The notes under the pieces: generated by a model | Told to the model about the DNA's origin: nothing | Seen by the model: only the letters and a program-made list of their open reading frames with translations | Databases searched by the model: none | DNA from: Alphaproteobacteria bacterium | GTDB lineage: Bacteria; Pseudomonadota; Alphaproteobacteria; MPNO01; UBA830 | Direction: 5' to 3' | Assembly (NCBI GenBank): GCA_965243135.1 | Contig: OZ251539.1 | Span: 3,392,001-3,456,000, forward strand | Length of the DNA stretch: 64,000 nt | Shown: positions 36,222-48,027 of the stretch, one piece after another | Numbering within the stretch: the stretch's first letter is position 1 | Layout of the letters: each line of letters begins with the position of its first letter | Translations under genes and position numbers: made by a program

Positions 36222-36856
36222 CCGCGCTTCGGAGTTCCGGGGACGTTGCCCGGCCTTCCCCCGGCTTCGGCGCGGAAAACGGCGCGGCGCGGAAATTCGC
36301 GCCGCCTCATGCCGCCGACAGGATAGTTGCGCGGCGCGAACGTTTCGCATACGTTCGTCTTCCCGAAGTCACTGAAGCATCTTATGGAACAGTTCTCTTC
36401 CGAACTCGTCGCCATTCTTGGCGTCGGCGCTTCCATGCTTGGCGTCGGCATTGCCGTTATCGGGCTGGTTCTTCAGCAGGGCCGCCGGCTCGACCGCCGG
36501 ATCGACGGCCTTGCCCTGCGCATGGACGAACAGGACCGGCGGACGGACGACCGGTTCCGGCAGCTGACCGATCAGATGAACGAGCAATTCCGGCAGATGA
36601 ACGAGCAGTTCCAGAGGTTGAGCGAGCGCGTCGCGCGAGTCGAGGGCAAGTTCGACCTGCTCGAGGCTTTCGTCGAGCACCGGAAGGAGCCGCCGGCCGA
36701 GGCGGCGGAATAGCGGGCAAGTCCGGCCCGCCTCGGCGCCGAGGTTCGCTGGCCAGCCCTCTCGCGGCCGCCGCTCGCCGCGCTCTGGAGGTCTGGGGCG
36801 CAGAAGTTGCCTGGCCTTCCCCAGCTTCGGCGCCGCAAGCGGCGCGGAAATTCGCG
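36222..36856 (+). repeat. Imperfect direct repeats (about 36222-36301 and 36777-36856) flanking a small gene
   Basis: GTTGCC(C/T)GGCCTTCCCC..GCTTCGGCGC...GGCGCGGAAATTCGCG present in both copies. Confidence 0.6.
36384..36713 (+). CDS. Small membrane-anchored coiled-coil hypothetical protein
   Basis: N-terminal TM helix, heptad repeats incl. QMNEQF x2, ERVARVEG. Confidence 0.7.
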   Translation: MEQFSSELVAILGVGASMLGVGIAVIGLVLQQGRRLDRRIDGLALRMDEQDRRTDDRFRQLTDQMNEQFRQMNEQFQRLSERVARVEGKFDLLEAFVEHRKEPPAEAAE

Positions 36857-36913
36857 AGGCGGCCGGACCGGACGGGCAGCTGACGAAAAACGGCGCAGCG
36901 CAAACGCCTCGCA

Positions 36914-37160
36914 GTGGACCAGCGCAGAAGGGCCGGCGCGCCCGAACGTCCGCTACGCCGCCGCTGGATCGAGTGGATACGGAGAAACCGCTGGTGGGGC
37001 ACGGCGTTACTTCGCGCTGCACGCTCCGCGCCGGACCGGCAAGACCTCCACCCTGATCGCCTTGCGCGATCTCTTCGACGGCGGCAAGGTCGGCGACTTC
37101 CGCTGCGCGGACATGAACGTCGAGGTCGGCCAGGCGGCAAGGCACGGCGACATGCGCGCC
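36914..37160 (+). pseudogene. Frameshifted 5' remnant of an ATP-binding (AAA) protein
   Basis: EGP.RP.../PPLDRVD.../YFALHAPRRTGKTSTLIALRDL...NVEVGQAAR spread over shifted frames, then truncated. Confidence 0.6.
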
Positions 37161-37303
37161 ACCTGTCGTCCCGGCGGCCTTGTCATCGCCCGGCGACAAA
37201 TCTCCGAACTCGTCCCCGGCATTCGCCGGCCAGTTGGCCCTCACGGCGGAAATTGCAGTCCGCCTGCGTCGCGCGTCGGAATTTACGGGACCCGTCGCAG
37301 TCC

Positions 37304-38239
37304 TCACGTCGGATCGCCATGCCGCCTGCCGGTCAAGCGGCGCAACCGCACCCGTCCGTCGATCACGGCCAGGCCGCAGGCCAGCAACGCCATGCCTGCA
37401 AAGTGCTGCAGGTCCAGCCTTTCGTCGAGGACGGCGACTCCCAGAAGAACGGCGGTGGCCGGGATCAGGAGGGTCGCCAAAAGCAGGTTCGTCGCGCCGG
37501 CCGTGGCCAGGATGCGAAAGTAGATGATGTAGGCCAGCGCAGTCGAAAGCAGGGCGAGGCCCGCGACGGCTGCCCCAGCCTCCCAGCCCGGAGCCGGCAG
37601 CGACCACGGGCGATCCACTGCGAGAAACAGGGGAACGAGTATCGCGGTCGAGACGGTCAATTGACCGGTCGCGGTCACCAGCGGCGCGGCTCCCATGTCT
37701 CGGAAGCGGCGGCCGAACACCGCGGCAAAGGCGAACGAGAGTGCCGCGCCGAGCACCGCAAGCTGGGCGAGAGCGTCGGCGTCCACGCCTTCCAGCGTCT
37801 CCGGTCCGACGATCGCCACGACGCCGGCGAAGGCGACGGCGATCCCGGCCAGCCGCGCCGCCGTGAGCTTTTCGTCCCGGGTCAGAAAATGAGCCACGAT
37901 TGCGGTGAAGAAGGGCGTCGTCGCATTGAGGATCGATGCCAGACCGCTGGCAACGTAGATCTGCCCCCAGGCGATGAGGCAGAAGGGAACGACATTGTTG
38001 AGCAGCCCCATGCCTGCGAACGCGATCCAGAGGCGGCGTTCGGCCGGGATTTCGATACCGGTCATCCACATGATCAGATAGAGAACGACGGCCGCGATCC
38101 CGATCCTCAGGGTAACGATCGTAAGGGGCGGCAGGGTCTCGACCGCGACCGCTACGAAGAAGAACGCGCCGCCCCACAAGATCGACAGCAGCGCCAGAAG
38201 CGACCACTCGACCGGTCCCATGGAACGGTTGACGATCAT
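37304..38239 (-). CDS. EamA/DMT family transporter
   Basis: About 10 TM segments; LWGGAFFF, NNVVPFCLIAWGQ, SGLASILNATTP. Confidence 0.92.
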   Translation of the reverse strand: MIVNRSMGPVEWSLLALLSILWGGAFFFVAVAVETLPPLTIVTLRIGIAAVVLYLIMWMTGIEIPAERRLWIAFAGMGLLNNVVPFCLIAWGQIYVASGLASILNATTPFFTAIVAHFLTRDEKLTAARLAGIAVAFAGVVAIVGPETLEGVDADALAQLAVLGAALSFAFAAVFGRRFRDMGAAPLVTATGQLTVSTAILVPLFLAVDRPWSLPAPGWEAGAAVAGLALLSTALAYIIYFRILATAGATNLLLATLLIPATAVLLGVAVLDERLDLQHFAGMALLACGLAVIDGRVRLRRLTGRRHGDPT

Positions 38240-38401
38240 GCTTCACGCGCGCGCCCGACGAGCGCCGGGGCCTCCGGGACAGCGCCTCCTCGCCGTCCGG
38301 CGTCCGGTTCCCTTCCTTTCGGCGCCCCGTCCCGCCGCAAAGAGATTTCGGCGCCGCTCCGGCAGATCCGCCGCCGCCGAAGCAACGACGGAGCGCGGAG
38401 C

Positions 38402-39100
38402 TTATTGCAGGTCCGGCGCTTGCGGTTGCTTCGCATACGGCTCGTCCATCGCCACGAACTCCGTCTCCCGCAAGGCCGCCTGCGTCCACGCAGTCATCCC
38501 CGGCGTGGACAACAACGTTTGCTGGTAGGCGCAAGCGTCCCCGTCGAGCGACACCTCGTAGGTGACGAACCGCGCCGCGACGGGCGCAAAATAAGCGTCC
38601 GCGGCCGAAAAGGCGCCGAACAGGAACGGTCCGCCACGGCCGAACCGAGATCGCGTCTCGCGCCAAAGGCCAATCAGCCGCCCGATGTCGCGGCGTACCT
38701 CCGGCGTCATGCCCTTGCCAGGGTGGCTGCCGCGAATGTTCATCGGCATGGCCCCGCGCAGCGCCTGATATCCGCCGTGAAAATCCGCGACCAGCGAACG
38801 GGCGCGAGCGCGGGCCTTGGCGTCGGCCGGCCAAATGGCGGCTTCGGGGTGCAGTTCGTGCAGCCGTTCCAGGATGGCGAGCGTGTCGAAGGTAGCGAAG
38901 CCGGCGCCGGGGTCGCCTTCCCACAGCACCGGCACGAGCCGGGTTGGCGACAGGGCGGCGATGTTGGCGGCCCAGTCGAGCGAGTCGAACTTGATCAGAC
39001 GCTCGGCAAACGGAATGCCTGCCTCGGTCATGGCCAGCCAGGCCCGCAGCGACCACGACGAATAGTTCTTGTTTGCGATCACGAGGGTTAACGGGGGCAT
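38402..39100 (-). CDS. Glutathione S-transferase family protein
   Basis: IANKNYSSWSLRAWL, VPVL, DTLAI, FLFG.FSAADAYFAPV. Confidence 0.92.
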   Translation of the reverse strand: MPPLTLVIANKNYSSWSLRAWLAMTEAGIPFAERLIKFDSLDWAANIAALSPTRLVPVLWEGDPGAGFATFDTLAILERLHELHPEAAIWPADAKARARARSLVADFHGGYQALRGAMPMNIRGSHPGKGMTPEVRRDIGRLIGLWRETRSRFGRGGPFLFGAFSAADAYFAPVAARFVTYEVSLDGDACAYQQTLLSTPGMTAWTQAALRETEFVAMDEPYAKQPQAPDLQ

Positions 39101-39788
39101 GGCGTCCTTCCCTGAAGCGCCTTTACCTCGAAGTGGAGTTATCCCGGCCGTGGTTACCGCCCTCCATTCCGCGAAACAAGGACTCTTTCGCGGCATGCCT
39201 ATGGAACGCCCAGCTCCCGCAGGTCCGCCGCGCGTTCAAGCGGCTTCGGTGATGTCGAGGCTTTTTTCGTCGATCCGGGAAGCGAATCCGACGCGGACTC
39301 CCCCTTCTTCTCCGCCACGAGGAGCGGCGGCCTGCAGCCCGGCGGGAGCCGCCGATGCCTGGGCATCGACGTCGCGCCGAGGACAATCATCGTCCGCTCG
39401 CGCAGGACGTGGAGGGGAACGCTTGGCGCGGAGGGATTTCCTGCACGCGCCGCTTCGAGCGATTCCGGAGCGCCGATCCCCATGTTGGTCCCCGCCTCTC
39501 CTGCTTTCGGGCGGGGCGATGCGCGCTTTCTTCCCGGCGGTCGCGCTCCGCCGCCCGCAAGAGACGCCGGAGTTCGGGGTTCGTCGTCAAAGCTCCGAAG
39601 CACGCGGCGGTTCGGCCTCCGTCCATTTCGGTCGATCCGAAACCTTCGCCGCGATGCGTTCCTTTCGCGCCGCGATCCTGTCCCTTGTCCAGGCCCGCCG
39701 CGCCCGGAGTCGGAACGCGTTCGCGGCCCGCCCGCGTCGCTCGCCGCCGGGACCGCCGCCTGCCTCAAGCCCGCGCCTCGCCGCCCGC

Positions 39789-41102
39789 TCACCGCGCCAG
39801 CGGAGACCACGCGGGGTCGGAACCTCCCAACGGAGTCGGGATCGTCCGCTCGTTGTATCCGGTGAGGTCGATCGAAACCAGCTCGGCCTTCCCGCCGTCC
39901 TGCTGCCGCTGTTGCCTGAAAAACATCAGAACCCGGCCGTTGGGCGCCCATGTCGGCCCCTCCACCAGAAATCCCTCGGCCAGAATCCGTTCGCCGTTGC
40001 CGTCGGGCCGCATCACGCCGATCGAGAACCTGCCCGAAAGGACGCGCGTGAACGCGATCAGGTCGCCGCGCGGCGACCATACCGGCGTTGCGTACCTGCC
40101 CTGGCCGAAGCTGATGCGGCGCACGCCCTCGCCGTCCCCGTCCATTACGTAGAGCTGCTGCGAACCGCCGCGGTCCGAATTGAACACGATCCGGCGGCCG
40201 TCCGGCGCGTAGGACGGCGAGGTGTCGATCGCCGGATGCCGGGTGAGGCGCGCGACGCGCCGGGTCCTCAGATCCATCGTGTAGATTTCGGAGTTTCCGG
40301 ACTGGGCCATGCTCATGACCACCTTGTTGCCGTCGGGCGAAAAGCGCGGGGCGAAGGTCATCCCGGGAAAGTTGCCGACGACCTCCTTCCGTCCGGTGTC
40401 TATGTTGTAGAGATACACCCGCGGTCGGCCCTCGACGTAGGACAGATAGGTGATTTCCTGGGCGGTCGGAGAGAAGCGGGGCGTCAGGACCAGGGCCGAC
40501 CCGTCGGTGAGAAAGCGATGGTTGGCGCCGTCCTGGTCCATGATGGCGAGGCGCTTGACCCGCCTGTCCGCCCGACCGGTCTCGGAGACGTAGACGATCC
40601 GCGTGTCGAAATAGCCGCTTTCGCCGGTCACCCGCTTGTAGATCTGGTCGGCGATGATATGCGCCACCCGCCGCCAGTTCTGCTGCGCGGTCGTGTAGCC
40701 CCGGGCCGTCATCTGCGTTCCGCCGAACACGTCCCACAGGCGGAATTCGATCCGCAGCCTGCCGCTGTCTTGCATGCGCACGTTGCCGGCGACGAGCGCC
40801 TGGGCGTTGATCTGGCGCCAGTCTCCGAACCGGGGCTGAACCGCGAGGGAAGACGCCCCCTGGATGAAGGCGCGCCGGTCGATCGGCCTGAACAGCCCGG
40901 AACGCTCGAGATCGGCCGAAACCACGTCGGCGATCTTTCGGCCGGCGTCGGACGCGGGGCCTCCGACGAACGCCGGGATGGCGATCGGCAGCGGCTCGAC
41001 CCTGCCGCGGGTCATGTCCACGCTCAACTCCGCCTGCGACGCGCCTGTCAGCGCGACCAGAATCGGCAGGACGAATTTCGTCGTTCGAGGCATTGTCTTC
41101 AT
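39789..41102 (-). CDS. tolB: Tol-Pal beta-propeller protein TolB
   Basis: [22 protein letters not shown]40 repeats (PRFSPDG, PSYAPDG, PVWSPRG). Confidence 0.96.
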   Translation of the reverse strand: MKTMPRTTKFVLPILVALTGASQAELSVDMTRGRVEPLPIAIPAFVGGPASDAGRKIADVVSADLERSGLFRPIDRRAFIQGASSLAVQPRFGDWRQINAQALVAGNVRMQDSGRLRIEFRLWDVFGGTQMTARGYTTAQQNWRRVAHIIADQIYKRVTGESGYFDTRIVYVSETGRADRRVKRLAIMDQDGANHRFLTDGSALVLTPRFSPTAQEITYLSYVEGRPRVYLYNIDTGRKEVVGNFPGMTFAPRFSPDGNKVVMSMAQSGNSEIYTMDLRTRRVARLTRHPAIDTSPSYAPDGRRIVFNSDRGGSQQLYVMDGDGEGVRRISFGQGRYATPVWSPRGDLIAFTRVLSGRFSIGVMRPDGNGERILAEGFLVEGPTWAPNGRVLMFFRQQRQQDGGKAELVSIDLTGYNERTIPTPLGGSDPAWSPLAR

Positions 41103-41932
41103 TGTCCGAGCATTTCCCTGGGGTCGAAGTTGAACGTTATTTCCTTCCACAGATCGTACTGGTCGAAAGGCAGCTTCAGCGGCATGCATCGCGGATCGCG
41201 CAATGCGCGCAGCGCGCTCTCGGCGACCGCGCGAAAGAACGGATCCCGTTCCATGCGGCCCTGATCCCTGACGCGGGGCGGTCCGCGAAGCGCGCCGTCC
41301 TGGCCAAGCTGTATGCGGATGGCGACCTTCATGTCCGCCGCGTCCTTCGCCCCGGCCGGAATGCTCCAGCATTCCTCCAGCTGACGCCGAACCGCTTCGA
41401 CGATTCGCGCCGCGCGGACGGCTTCGTCCAGCGGCGCCCGGGCGGCCGGAGGCGATGGAGGCGCTTCCTGCCGGGCGAGATCCTTCAGAAGCGATTGCAG
41501 TCTCGACGGAGGCGGCCTCGGCTTGGCTCGCGGACGCGGCGCTTGCGCCTCCTGCTTCTTCGCGGACGGCGCGGGCTTCGGGGTCGGCGCGGGCTTCGGG
41601 GTCGGCCTGGCTTCGGGAACCGGGGCCGGCTCCTCGGCCGCTTTCGGCTCGGGAGCTTTCGGCGCAGGCTCCGGATCTTCGGTCGGCGCCGGAATCTCCG
41701 GCGCGGGTTCGGGAACCGGCGGAGGAGGCGGCGGCAGCGGCGGCGCCGGCGGCGGCTTCGGGGAGGCCGCGGGAGCCGGCGAAGGGTCCGTTCGGGCGCG
41801 TTCGTCCATCACCACGATCTCGACCGCCATCGCCCGCTCCGGTTCGCGGTCGAAAAGACCCGGAAGCCCGAAGACGGCCAGCGCGACGACCGCGAGGTGA
41901 AGCGCCACCGAAGGAAGGACGCCGTAACGCAT
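41099..41932 (-). CDS. tolA: TolA-like cell envelope protein
   Basis: SVALH TM motif, Pro-rich linker, C-terminal CW.IP...AESALRA...C.PL. Confidence 0.85.
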   Translation of the reverse strand: MRYGVLPSVALHLAVVALAVFGLPGLFDREPERAMAVEIVVMDERARTDPSPAPAASPKPPPAPPLPPPPPPVPEPAPEIPAPTEDPEPAPKAPEPKAAEEPAPVPEARPTPKPAPTPKPAPSAKKQEAQAPRPRAKPRPPPSRLQSLLKDLARQEAPPSPPAARAPLDEAVRAARIVEAVRRQLEECWSIPAGAKDAADMKVAIRIQLGQDGALRGPPRVRDQGRMERDPFFRAVAESALRALRDPRCMPLKLPFDQYDLWKEITFNFDPREMLGQ

Positions 41933-41935
41933 CGA

Positions 41936-42376
41936 TCACTTCGCCTTTCCCCCGGGCCCGTCCTTCGGCAGCCGCGTGAGGAGCGCCACCCGGTTGAAGC
42001 CGGCGAGATTGAGAGCTCCCATCACCTCCATCACCTTGCCGTACGCGAGCTTGCGGTCGCCGCGGACGAATATCCGCGTGTCCTTCTTCGCGCGGGTGAT
42101 CGCGTCGAGCCGCGGCACGAGCCGGTCCATGGTTATCGGCGTGTTCTGAATGAACAGGTCGCCCTTTCCGTCGATCGACACGACCAGAGGCTCGTCCTGC
42201 CCCACCATGCGGGAGGCCGCCGTCCTGGGCAGGTCGACAGGAACGCCGACCGTCAGCAAGGGCGCGGTGATCATGAAGACGATCAGCAGCACGAGCATCA
42301 CGTCGACCAGCGGCGTGACGTTGATCTCGCTCATCGGCGTCCGCTTCGCGCCGCGGCCCCGCAACTGGCCGGCCAT
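41936..42376 (-). CDS. tolR: TolR
   Basis: [26 protein letters not shown]...YG.VM. Confidence 0.95.
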   Translation of the reverse strand: MAGQLRGRGAKRTPMSEINVTPLVDVMLVLLIVFMITAPLLTVGVPVDLPRTAASRMVGQDEPLVVSIDGKGDLFIQNTPITMDRLVPRLDAITRAKKDTRIFVRGDRKLAYGKVMEVMGALNLAGFNRVALLTRLPKDGPGGKAK

Positions 42377-43083
42377 CAGGAGCCCCGTTCGCTGTGGCGC
42401 GCCAGGATCGCGCCGAATTCGCCGGAGAACGCCTCGAGACGTCCGGCGTACCTGTTCATGTCGCTCGACAGCTTGTTGTAGGCGATGACGGCCGGGATGG
42501 CGGCCACCAGGCCGAGCGCCGTCGCGAACAGCGCCTCTGCAATGCCGGGCGCGACGACGGCGAGCGACGTGTTCTTGGTGACGGCTATCGCCGCGAAACT
42601 GTTCATGATCCCCCAGACCGTCCCGAAGAGCCCGACGAACGGCGCCGTCGACCCGACCGACGCGAGAAAGGTCATGTACCGTTCCACGTGCTCCATCTCG
42701 CGGTTGAGGGTGATGTGCATCACCCTTTCGATGCGCTGGGACCGCTCGCCTTCGGACGCGCCGCCCGAACGTCGCCATTCCTGCATTCCGGACGAGAACA
42801 CCGCGGACATGGGATCCGCCGGCCGGCCGCCGATGCGATCGAACAGATCGTCGAGCGACCCGCCCGACCAGAAGGCCTCCTCGAAACCCTCCGCTCGCCG
42901 GCGCAGCCGCCGCATCCTGAAGAGCTTGTCGAAGATGATCGCCCAGCACCAGATCGACGCGAAGACAAGGGCGAGCATGACCAGCTTGACGACGACATCC
43001 GCCTGGATGAACAAGCCCCATACCGAGAGGTCGCCCGCGACCGACCCGCCAAGGTCGACGGACTGAACAAGTGACGTATCCAT
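42376..43083 (-). CDS. tolQ: TolQ
   Basis: [37 protein letters not shown]. Confidence 0.96.
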   Translation of the reverse strand: MDTSLVQSVDLGGSVAGDLSVWGLFIQADVVVKLVMLALVFASIWCWAIIFDKLFRMRRLRRRAEGFEEAFWSGGSLDDLFDRIGGRPADPMSAVFSSGMQEWRRSGGASEGERSQRIERVMHITLNREMEHVERYMTFLASVGSTAPFVGLFGTVWGIMNSFAAIAVTKNTSLAVVAPGIAEALFATALGLVAAIPAVIAYNKLSSDMNRYAGRLEAFSGEFGAILARHSERGS

Positions 43084-43104
43084 TTCGTTCTCCGCTCCGT
43101 CCGA

Positions 43105-43512
43105 CTACCGATCCGGGCGTCCCGCGGCCAGGCGCAGTCGCGCGGGGAGGCGCGCGGGCCGGCCGTCGGGACGAACGCAAACCAAACGCAGATCCAGTTC
43201 CGCGAGAACGTCGCTTCCGCGCCGGACGACCTGGCTCAGCCGCAGGCTCGCGCCGGAAGCGCCGACGAGCTTCGTGCGAACCTCCAACCGGTCGTCCAGG
43301 CGCCCAGGCCTGACGTATTCCGCCGCGCAACTGCGCACCGCGAACGCCACGCCGTCGCGCGCGAGAAGCGTCGCATGGTCGAGGCCGAGGCTGCGCAGCC
43401 ATTCGGTCCGGGCCCGCTCCGCGAAGCGCAGGTAGTTCGCGTAATAGACGACGCCTCCCGCGTCCGTGTCCTCGTAATAGACGCGCAGCGGAAACGAGTG
43501 GCCGTCAGTCAT
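43105..43512 (-). CDS. ybgC: Tol-Pal associated acyl-CoA thioesterase
   Basis: [27 protein letters not shown]. Confidence 0.94.
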   Translation of the reverse strand: MTDGHSFPLRVYYEDTDAGGVVYYANYLRFAERARTEWLRSLGLDHATLLARDGVAFAVRSCAAEYVRPGRLDDRLEVRTKLVGASGASLRLSQVVRRGSDVLAELDLRLVCVRPDGRPARLPARLRLAAGRPDR

Positions 43513-44545
43513 CGTTCCCGCCCTCCTCCGCCAGCAGGTCGAGCTGCTCCTGCAGCCGCCCGGGAACGGCCAGCCCCAGATGGCGCCATGCGTTCGCGGT
43601 CAGCACCCGGCCGCGCGGCGTGCGCTGAAGCAGGCCGCTCTGCAGGAGGTAGGGCTCGATCACCTCCTCGATCGCGTCCCGCTCTTCGGAAAGGACGGCC
43701 GAGATCGTATCGACGCCGACCGGGCCGCCGCCGTAGTTCCGGGCGATGCAGGACAGGTACCGCCGATCCATCGCGTCGAGGCCCGACGCGTCGACGTCGA
43801 GCCGCCGCAGCGCCTGATCGGCGAGAGCGGCGTCCACGGGCTCGTCCTGGGCGAAGTCGCGCACGCGGCGCAGCAGGCGAACGGCGATCCTCGGCGTTCC
43901 GCGCGAGCGCGCCGCGACCTCCGCGGCGCCGTCCGCCGTCACCTCGACGTCGATCACCCGGCCGCAACGGTTCACGATCTCGACGAGGTCCTCCACCTCG
44001 TAGAAATCGAGGCGCAGCGGAATGCCGAAGCGTTCGCGCAGCGGCGTGGTCAACAGGCCGGAGCGGGTCGTCGCGCCGACCAGCGTGAATTCCGGCAGCT
44101 CGATCTGCACCGACCGCGCCGACGGCCCCTCGCCGATGATCAGGTCGAGCTTCCTGTCCTCCAGGGCCGGATACAGGATTTCCTCGACGATGGGATTGAG
44201 CCGGTGGATCTCGTCGATGAACAGGACGTCCTTGGGCTCGAGATTGGTCAGGATGGCCGCGAGGTCTCCGGGCTTGGCGAGCACCGGCCCGGAGGTCGCG
44301 CGAAACCCGACGCCGAGTTCGCGCGCGACGATCTGCGCGAGGGTCGTCTTGCCCAGCCCCGGCGGCCCGTGAAACAGGACGTGATCGAGCGCCTCGCGGC
44401 GGTCGCGCGCGGCCGCGACGAACACCCGCAGGTTCTCGCGCAGCGCCTTCTGGCCGATGAAGTCGTCGAGGCTCTGCGGGCGCAGCGGAACTTCGGACAG
44501 ATCTCCCTCGACGAGCGAGCCCGCCACTTCCCTTGCGCCGTTCAT
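43505..44545 (-). CDS. ruvB: Holliday junction helicase RuvB
   Basis: [34 protein letters not shown]. Confidence 0.97.
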   Translation of the reverse strand: MNGAREVAGSLVEGDLSEVPLRPQSLDDFIGQKALRENLRVFVAAARDRREALDHVLFHGPPGLGKTTLAQIVARELGVGFRATSGPVLAKPGDLAAILTNLEPKDVLFIDEIHRLNPIVEEILYPALEDRKLDLIIGEGPSARSVQIELPEFTLVGATTRSGLLTTPLRERFGIPLRLDFYEVEDLVEIVNRCGRVIDVEVTADGAAEVAARSRGTPRIAVRLLRRVRDFAQDEPVDAALADQALRRLDVDASGLDAMDRRYLSCIARNYGGGPVGVDTISAVLSEERDAIEEVIEPYLLQSGLLQRTPRGRVLTANAWRHLGLAVPGRLQEQLDLLAEEGGNDD

Positions 44546-45126
44546 GCCGCGAGCTCCTTGAGCCCCGATCTGATCAGGTCTTCGACGGACGCCTCGTCGC
44601 CCAGCGACCGGGCGGCGGCGAGCACCGCGCCATGCGCGTCCGCCCGGCCGTAACCGAGATTGACCAGAGCGGAGACGGCGTCGTCGACGGGCGCGGGACC
44701 GCCGCCGGACGCCGGCGGCGAGATTCCGCCGACCCGGTCCCGGAGCTCCGACAGAATCCGCGCGGCGAGCCTGGGTCCCACCCCCTGAGCGCGGCCGATC
44801 GCGGCCTTGTCCTGGGCGGCGATGGCGCCCGACAGCTCTCCCGGCCCCATAACCGACAGCAGACCCAACGCCACCTTGGCGCCCACGCCCTGCACGGTGG
44901 TCAGAAGCCGGAACCAGTCGCGTTCGACCTGTTCCAGAAACCCGTAAAGCTGAATGCGGTCTTCCCGCATGTGCGTCTCGACGGCGAGCGAGACGCGCTC
45001 CCCGCGCCCGGGAAGCTGCGAAAGAGTCCGCGCCGAGCATTGCACGAGATATCCGACCCCGCCGACGTCGACGACCGCCCAGTCTTCGCCCGCGGAATCG
45101 AGCAGTCCTGTCAGCCGGGCGATCAT
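44542..45126 (-). CDS. ruvA: Holliday junction protein RuvA
   Basis: [12 protein letters not shown], Hh[16 protein letters not shown]. Confidence 0.96.
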   Translation of the reverse strand: MIARLTGLLDSAGEDWAVVDVGGVGYLVQCSARTLSQLPGRGERVSLAVETHMREDRIQLYGFLEQVERDWFRLLTTVQGVGAKVALGLLSVMGPGELSGAIAAQDKAAIGRAQGVGPRLAARILSELRDRVGGISPPASGGGPAPVDDAVSALVNLGYGRADAHGAVLAAARSLGDEASVEDLIRSGLKELAA

Positions 45127-45617
45127 GCCCGCGCGCCTCGCGCGTGAAGCGGCACGCGATGGTGGGCATGGCAGATCGCGATCGCCAGGGCGTCCGCCGC
45201 GTCGTCGGATTTCGGTCCGGCGCCGGGCAGAAGCACCTGCACCATGGTCTGCACCTGCCGTTTCTGGGCGTGCCCCCGGCCCACCAGCGACTTCTTGACG
45301 AGGTTCGCGGAGTATTCGGCCACCTCGATCCCGGAAGACGACAGCGCCAGCATCGCGGCGGCGCGGGCATGGCCCAGCTTGAGGGTGGAAACAGGGTTCA
45401 CGTTGACGAAAGTCTCCTCGATCGCCGCCTCGGCCGGGCCGTGCCGTTCGGCGACCGCGCGCAATCCCTCGAAGAGCTGGAGGAGGCGGCGGGCGAGCGG
45501 CTCCTGCACGTCGGTCGGCACGACGCCGTTGGCGACGTGCGACAGAGCGTTCCCGTCGATTTCGATCACGCCCCACCCCGTGCGCTGCAATCCGGGATCC
45601 AAGCCGATGAGCCTCAT
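45123..45617 (-). CDS. ruvC: Crossover junction endodeoxyribonuclease RuvC
   Basis: [25 protein letters not shown]. Confidence 0.96.
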   Translation of the reverse strand: MRLIGLDPGLQRTGWGVIEIDGNALSHVANGVVPTDVQEPLARRLLQLFEGLRAVAERHGPAEAAIEETFVNVNPVSTLKLGHARAAAMLALSSSGIEVAEYSANLVKKSLVGRGHAQKRQVQTMVQVLLPGAGPKSDDAADALAIAICHAHHRVPLHARGARA

Positions 45618-45624
45618 CGCGCCG

Positions 45625-46371
45625 TCAGCCGTCCAGCCGCTCCAGAACGTCGTCGTCGATGTCGACGTTGGAATCGACCGACCGGACGTCGTCGTTCTCC
45701 TCGAGCGCGTCCAGCAGCTTGAGCAGCGTTCGGGCGCGGTCCTCGTCGACAGGGACCGCGCTCCGCGGCAGCCAGACCAGGCCGGCCGACGCCGACGCCC
45801 CGAACTTCTCCTCGAGCCCGTCCCGGACCGCGTGGAAATCGTCCGGATCGCTGACGATCTCGTGGCCGTCGACGCCGGACCGCACGTCGCGCGCGCCGGC
45901 TTCGAGCGCGGCCTCGAACATGTCCTCGTCGGACGCCGCCGACGGCGGGTAGCTGACCTGTCCCGCCCGATCGAACATGAAGCTGACGCTGTTGGTTTCC
46001 CCGAGATTGCCGCCGAACTTGCCGAACGCCGCCCGCACCTCGCCGGCGGTGCGGTTCCTGTTGTCGGTGAGGGCCTCGACGATCACCGCCACGCCGCCGG
46101 GACCGTATCCCTCGTAACGGATCTCCTCGTACTGCTCGGAGTCGTCGCCCCCGGCGCCGCGCGCGATCGCCCGCTCCATGGTGTCCTTGCCCATGTTGGC
46201 GCCCTTGGCCGCCGCGACCGCGGCGCGGAGGCGCGGGTTCGAGTCCGGATCCGCGCCCTCGCGGGCCGCGACCGTCAGCTCCCTGATGATCTTCGTGAAC
46301 GCCCTGGCGCGCTTCTGATCCTGCGCGCCCTTGCGGTACATGATGTTCTTGAATTTGGAGTGACCGGCCAT
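45625..46371 (-). CDS. yebC: YebC/PmpR family protein
   Basis: [30 protein letters not shown]. Confidence 0.96.
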   Translation of the reverse strand: MAGHSKFKNIMYRKGAQDQKRARAFTKIIRELTVAAREGADPDSNPRLRAAVAAAKGANMGKDTMERAIARGAGGDDSEQYEEIRYEGYGPGGVAVIVEALTDNRNRTAGEVRAAFGKFGGNLGETNSVSFMFDRAGQVSYPPSAASDEDMFEAALEAGARDVRSGVDGHEIVSDPDDFHAVRDGLEEKFGASASAGLVWLPRSAVPVDEDRARTLLKLLDALEENDDVRSVDSNVDIDDDVLERLDG

Positions 46372-46453
46372 TACCGCTCCATCGCCCCGGAAAATTCCTC
46401 TCGCCGCCCTTTCTGCCGTCTCAATGTGGCAGGAATGGGGCGACAAATCGGCG

Positions 46454-47266
46454 TCAAGCGGGCAATTCCTCGCGCAGGCGGCCGCCGATCCGCACGGGCC
46501 GGACGTCGACGGCCAGCCCCGTCGCGTCGTCCGTGTCCACGAGGACCGCGCAAAGCGTCGCTTCCGACCGCGCCGCCTCCATGCGTTCGGTCGGCATCTT
46601 GCGGACGAAGCGCGCCACCGAGATATCCTTCCGGATGCCGATGACCGAGTCGTAGTCGCCGCACATGCCGATGTCGGAGAGGTATCCCGTCCCGCCCGGC
46701 AGCACCTGCGCGTCCGCGGTCGGGACGTGGGTGTGGGTGCCCACGACGACGGACGCGCGGCCGTCGACGAAGTGCCCCATCGCCATCTTTTCGCTGGTCG
46801 CCTCGCCGTGAAAATCGAGCGCGATCGCGGCGGCGTTGGCGCCCAGCCGCCAAACGCCGAGCATCCTGTCGACGGCGGCGAACGGATCGTCCAGCGGATC
46901 CATGAAGAGGCGTCCCATGAGATGCAGGATCACGATCCGGCGGCCGCGAGCGTCCGCGAATTCGCCGACGCCCCGGCCGGGCGTTCCGGCGGGAAAGTTG
47001 TCCGGGCGCAGCAGACGGCGCTCGCGGTCGAAATGGGGAATGATCTCTTCCCGGTCCCAAACGTGGTTGCCGGTGGTGATCGCGTCGGCGCCGGCGGCGA
47101 AGAGCTCGTCGCAAATCTTCGGCGTGATGCCGAAGCCGGCCGCCGCGTTCTCTCCGTTCACGACGACGAAGTCGATCCGGCACCTTTCCCGCAGGCCCGG
47201 AAGATGCGTCTTGACGGCCTTTCTGCCGGCGCGGCCGACGACGTCGCCGCAAAACAGGATTCTCAT
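46454..47266 (-). CDS. TIGR00282/YmdB family metallophosphoesterase
   Basis: [32 protein letters not shown]. Confidence 0.94.
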   Translation of the reverse strand: MRILFCGDVVGRAGRKAVKTHLPGLRERCRIDFVVVNGENAAAGFGITPKICDELFAAGADAITTGNHVWDREEIIPHFDRERRLLRPDNFPAGTPGRGVGEFADARGRRIVILHLMGRLFMDPLDDPFAAVDRMLGVWRLGANAAAIALDFHGEATSEKMAMGHFVDGRASVVVGTHTHVPTADAQVLPGGTGYLSDIGMCGDYDSVIGIRKDISVARFVRKMPTERMEAARSEATLCAVLVDTDDATGLAVDVRPVRIGGRLREELPA

Positions 47267-47808
47267 CGCGTCTCCTCCCGGGGGATATACCTTCGATCGG
47301 TGGCCACCGCATCCAGTTTCTCGTCGTCGGCGCCGGTCGGCACCGCCGCGACCTCCTGTTCGTCGTAGGCGGCGCCGACGGCGAAAACGGCGCCTTCGGC
47401 GCGCAGGCCCCGAAGAGCGCGGTCGTAGAAGCCGCCGCCGTAACCCAGGCGATTGCCGGTCCGGTCGAAGGCGAGCGCCGGAACGACGACCGCCTCGGGA
47501 CGGATTCGCTCGGCGGCGGCGAGGGGTTCGGGAATACCGAAAACGCCGCGCCGCGCCGCGTCGCCGGGCCGCCAAAGGCGGAACGCGAGATCCGCTCGCG
47601 ATATCGCCGGCAGCGCCGTCGGCACGTTCCGGCTTTCGAGAACGCGCAGCAGCGGCCGCACGTCGATCTCGGTTCGGATCGGCCAGTAAAGCGCGACGGT
47701 CGCGGCACCCCGCAGCGCCCGCTCCAGGCGTCGCGAGACCGCTTCGCCGGCCTCGCCTGCGCGGTTCGCGTGGGCCCGCGCGCGGATCTCCGCGGCCGCG
47801 GCCCGCAT
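47263..47808 (-). CDS. ygfA: 5-formyltetrahydrofolate cyclo-ligase
   Basis: YWPI.TEID, GIPEP, VPALAFD..G.RLGYGGGFYDR; ATG 47808 with AAGGGAG RBS. Confidence 0.92.
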   Translation of the reverse strand: MRAAAAEIRARAHANRAGEAGEAVSRRLERALRGAATVALYWPIRTEIDVRPLLRVLESRNVPTALPAISRADLAFRLWRPGDAARRGVFGIPEPLAAAERIRPEAVVVPALAFDRTGNRLGYGGGFYDRALRGLRAEGAVFAVGAAYDEQEVAAVPTGADDEKLDAVATDRRYIPREETR

Positions 47809-47835
47809 GGCTCCCTTGGCGTCCGCGCGAAGCGG

Positions 47836-47990
47836 GCGAAGCCGTGCCGGCCGTCGATCCACATCGTCCTCCGTGGCCTGTCGCTACAGGTGGGCGCCAT
47901 GTACCGCGACCGCGATCGCGGCAGGGACAGCTCCCGGGAGGTGGATATTGGCCCCGGGCACGTCGGATCCGTCGAACCGGACAGCTTCGC
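47836..47990 (-). ncRNA. ssrS: 6S RNA
   Basis: Canonical position between zapA and ygfA; complementary ends GCGAAGC/GCTTCGC; alphaproteobacterial-like blocks CCCGGGGCC, GGGAGCTGTCCCTG, GGCGCCCACCT. Confidence 0.85.
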
Positions 47991-48027
47991 CTTCGCGGAA
48001 TCTAGCGCAATCGGGCCGTCCGGGAAA

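Noticed and set aside
41560-41780. Short GC-rich tandem repeats (GGCGCGGGCTTCGGGGTC)
   Set aside because: Encode the normal Pro/Lys/Ala linker of TolA
47809-47862. Longer ygfA N-terminus starting at 47862
   Set aside because: Would overlap the 6S RNA terminal stem; ATG at 47808 has a good RBS
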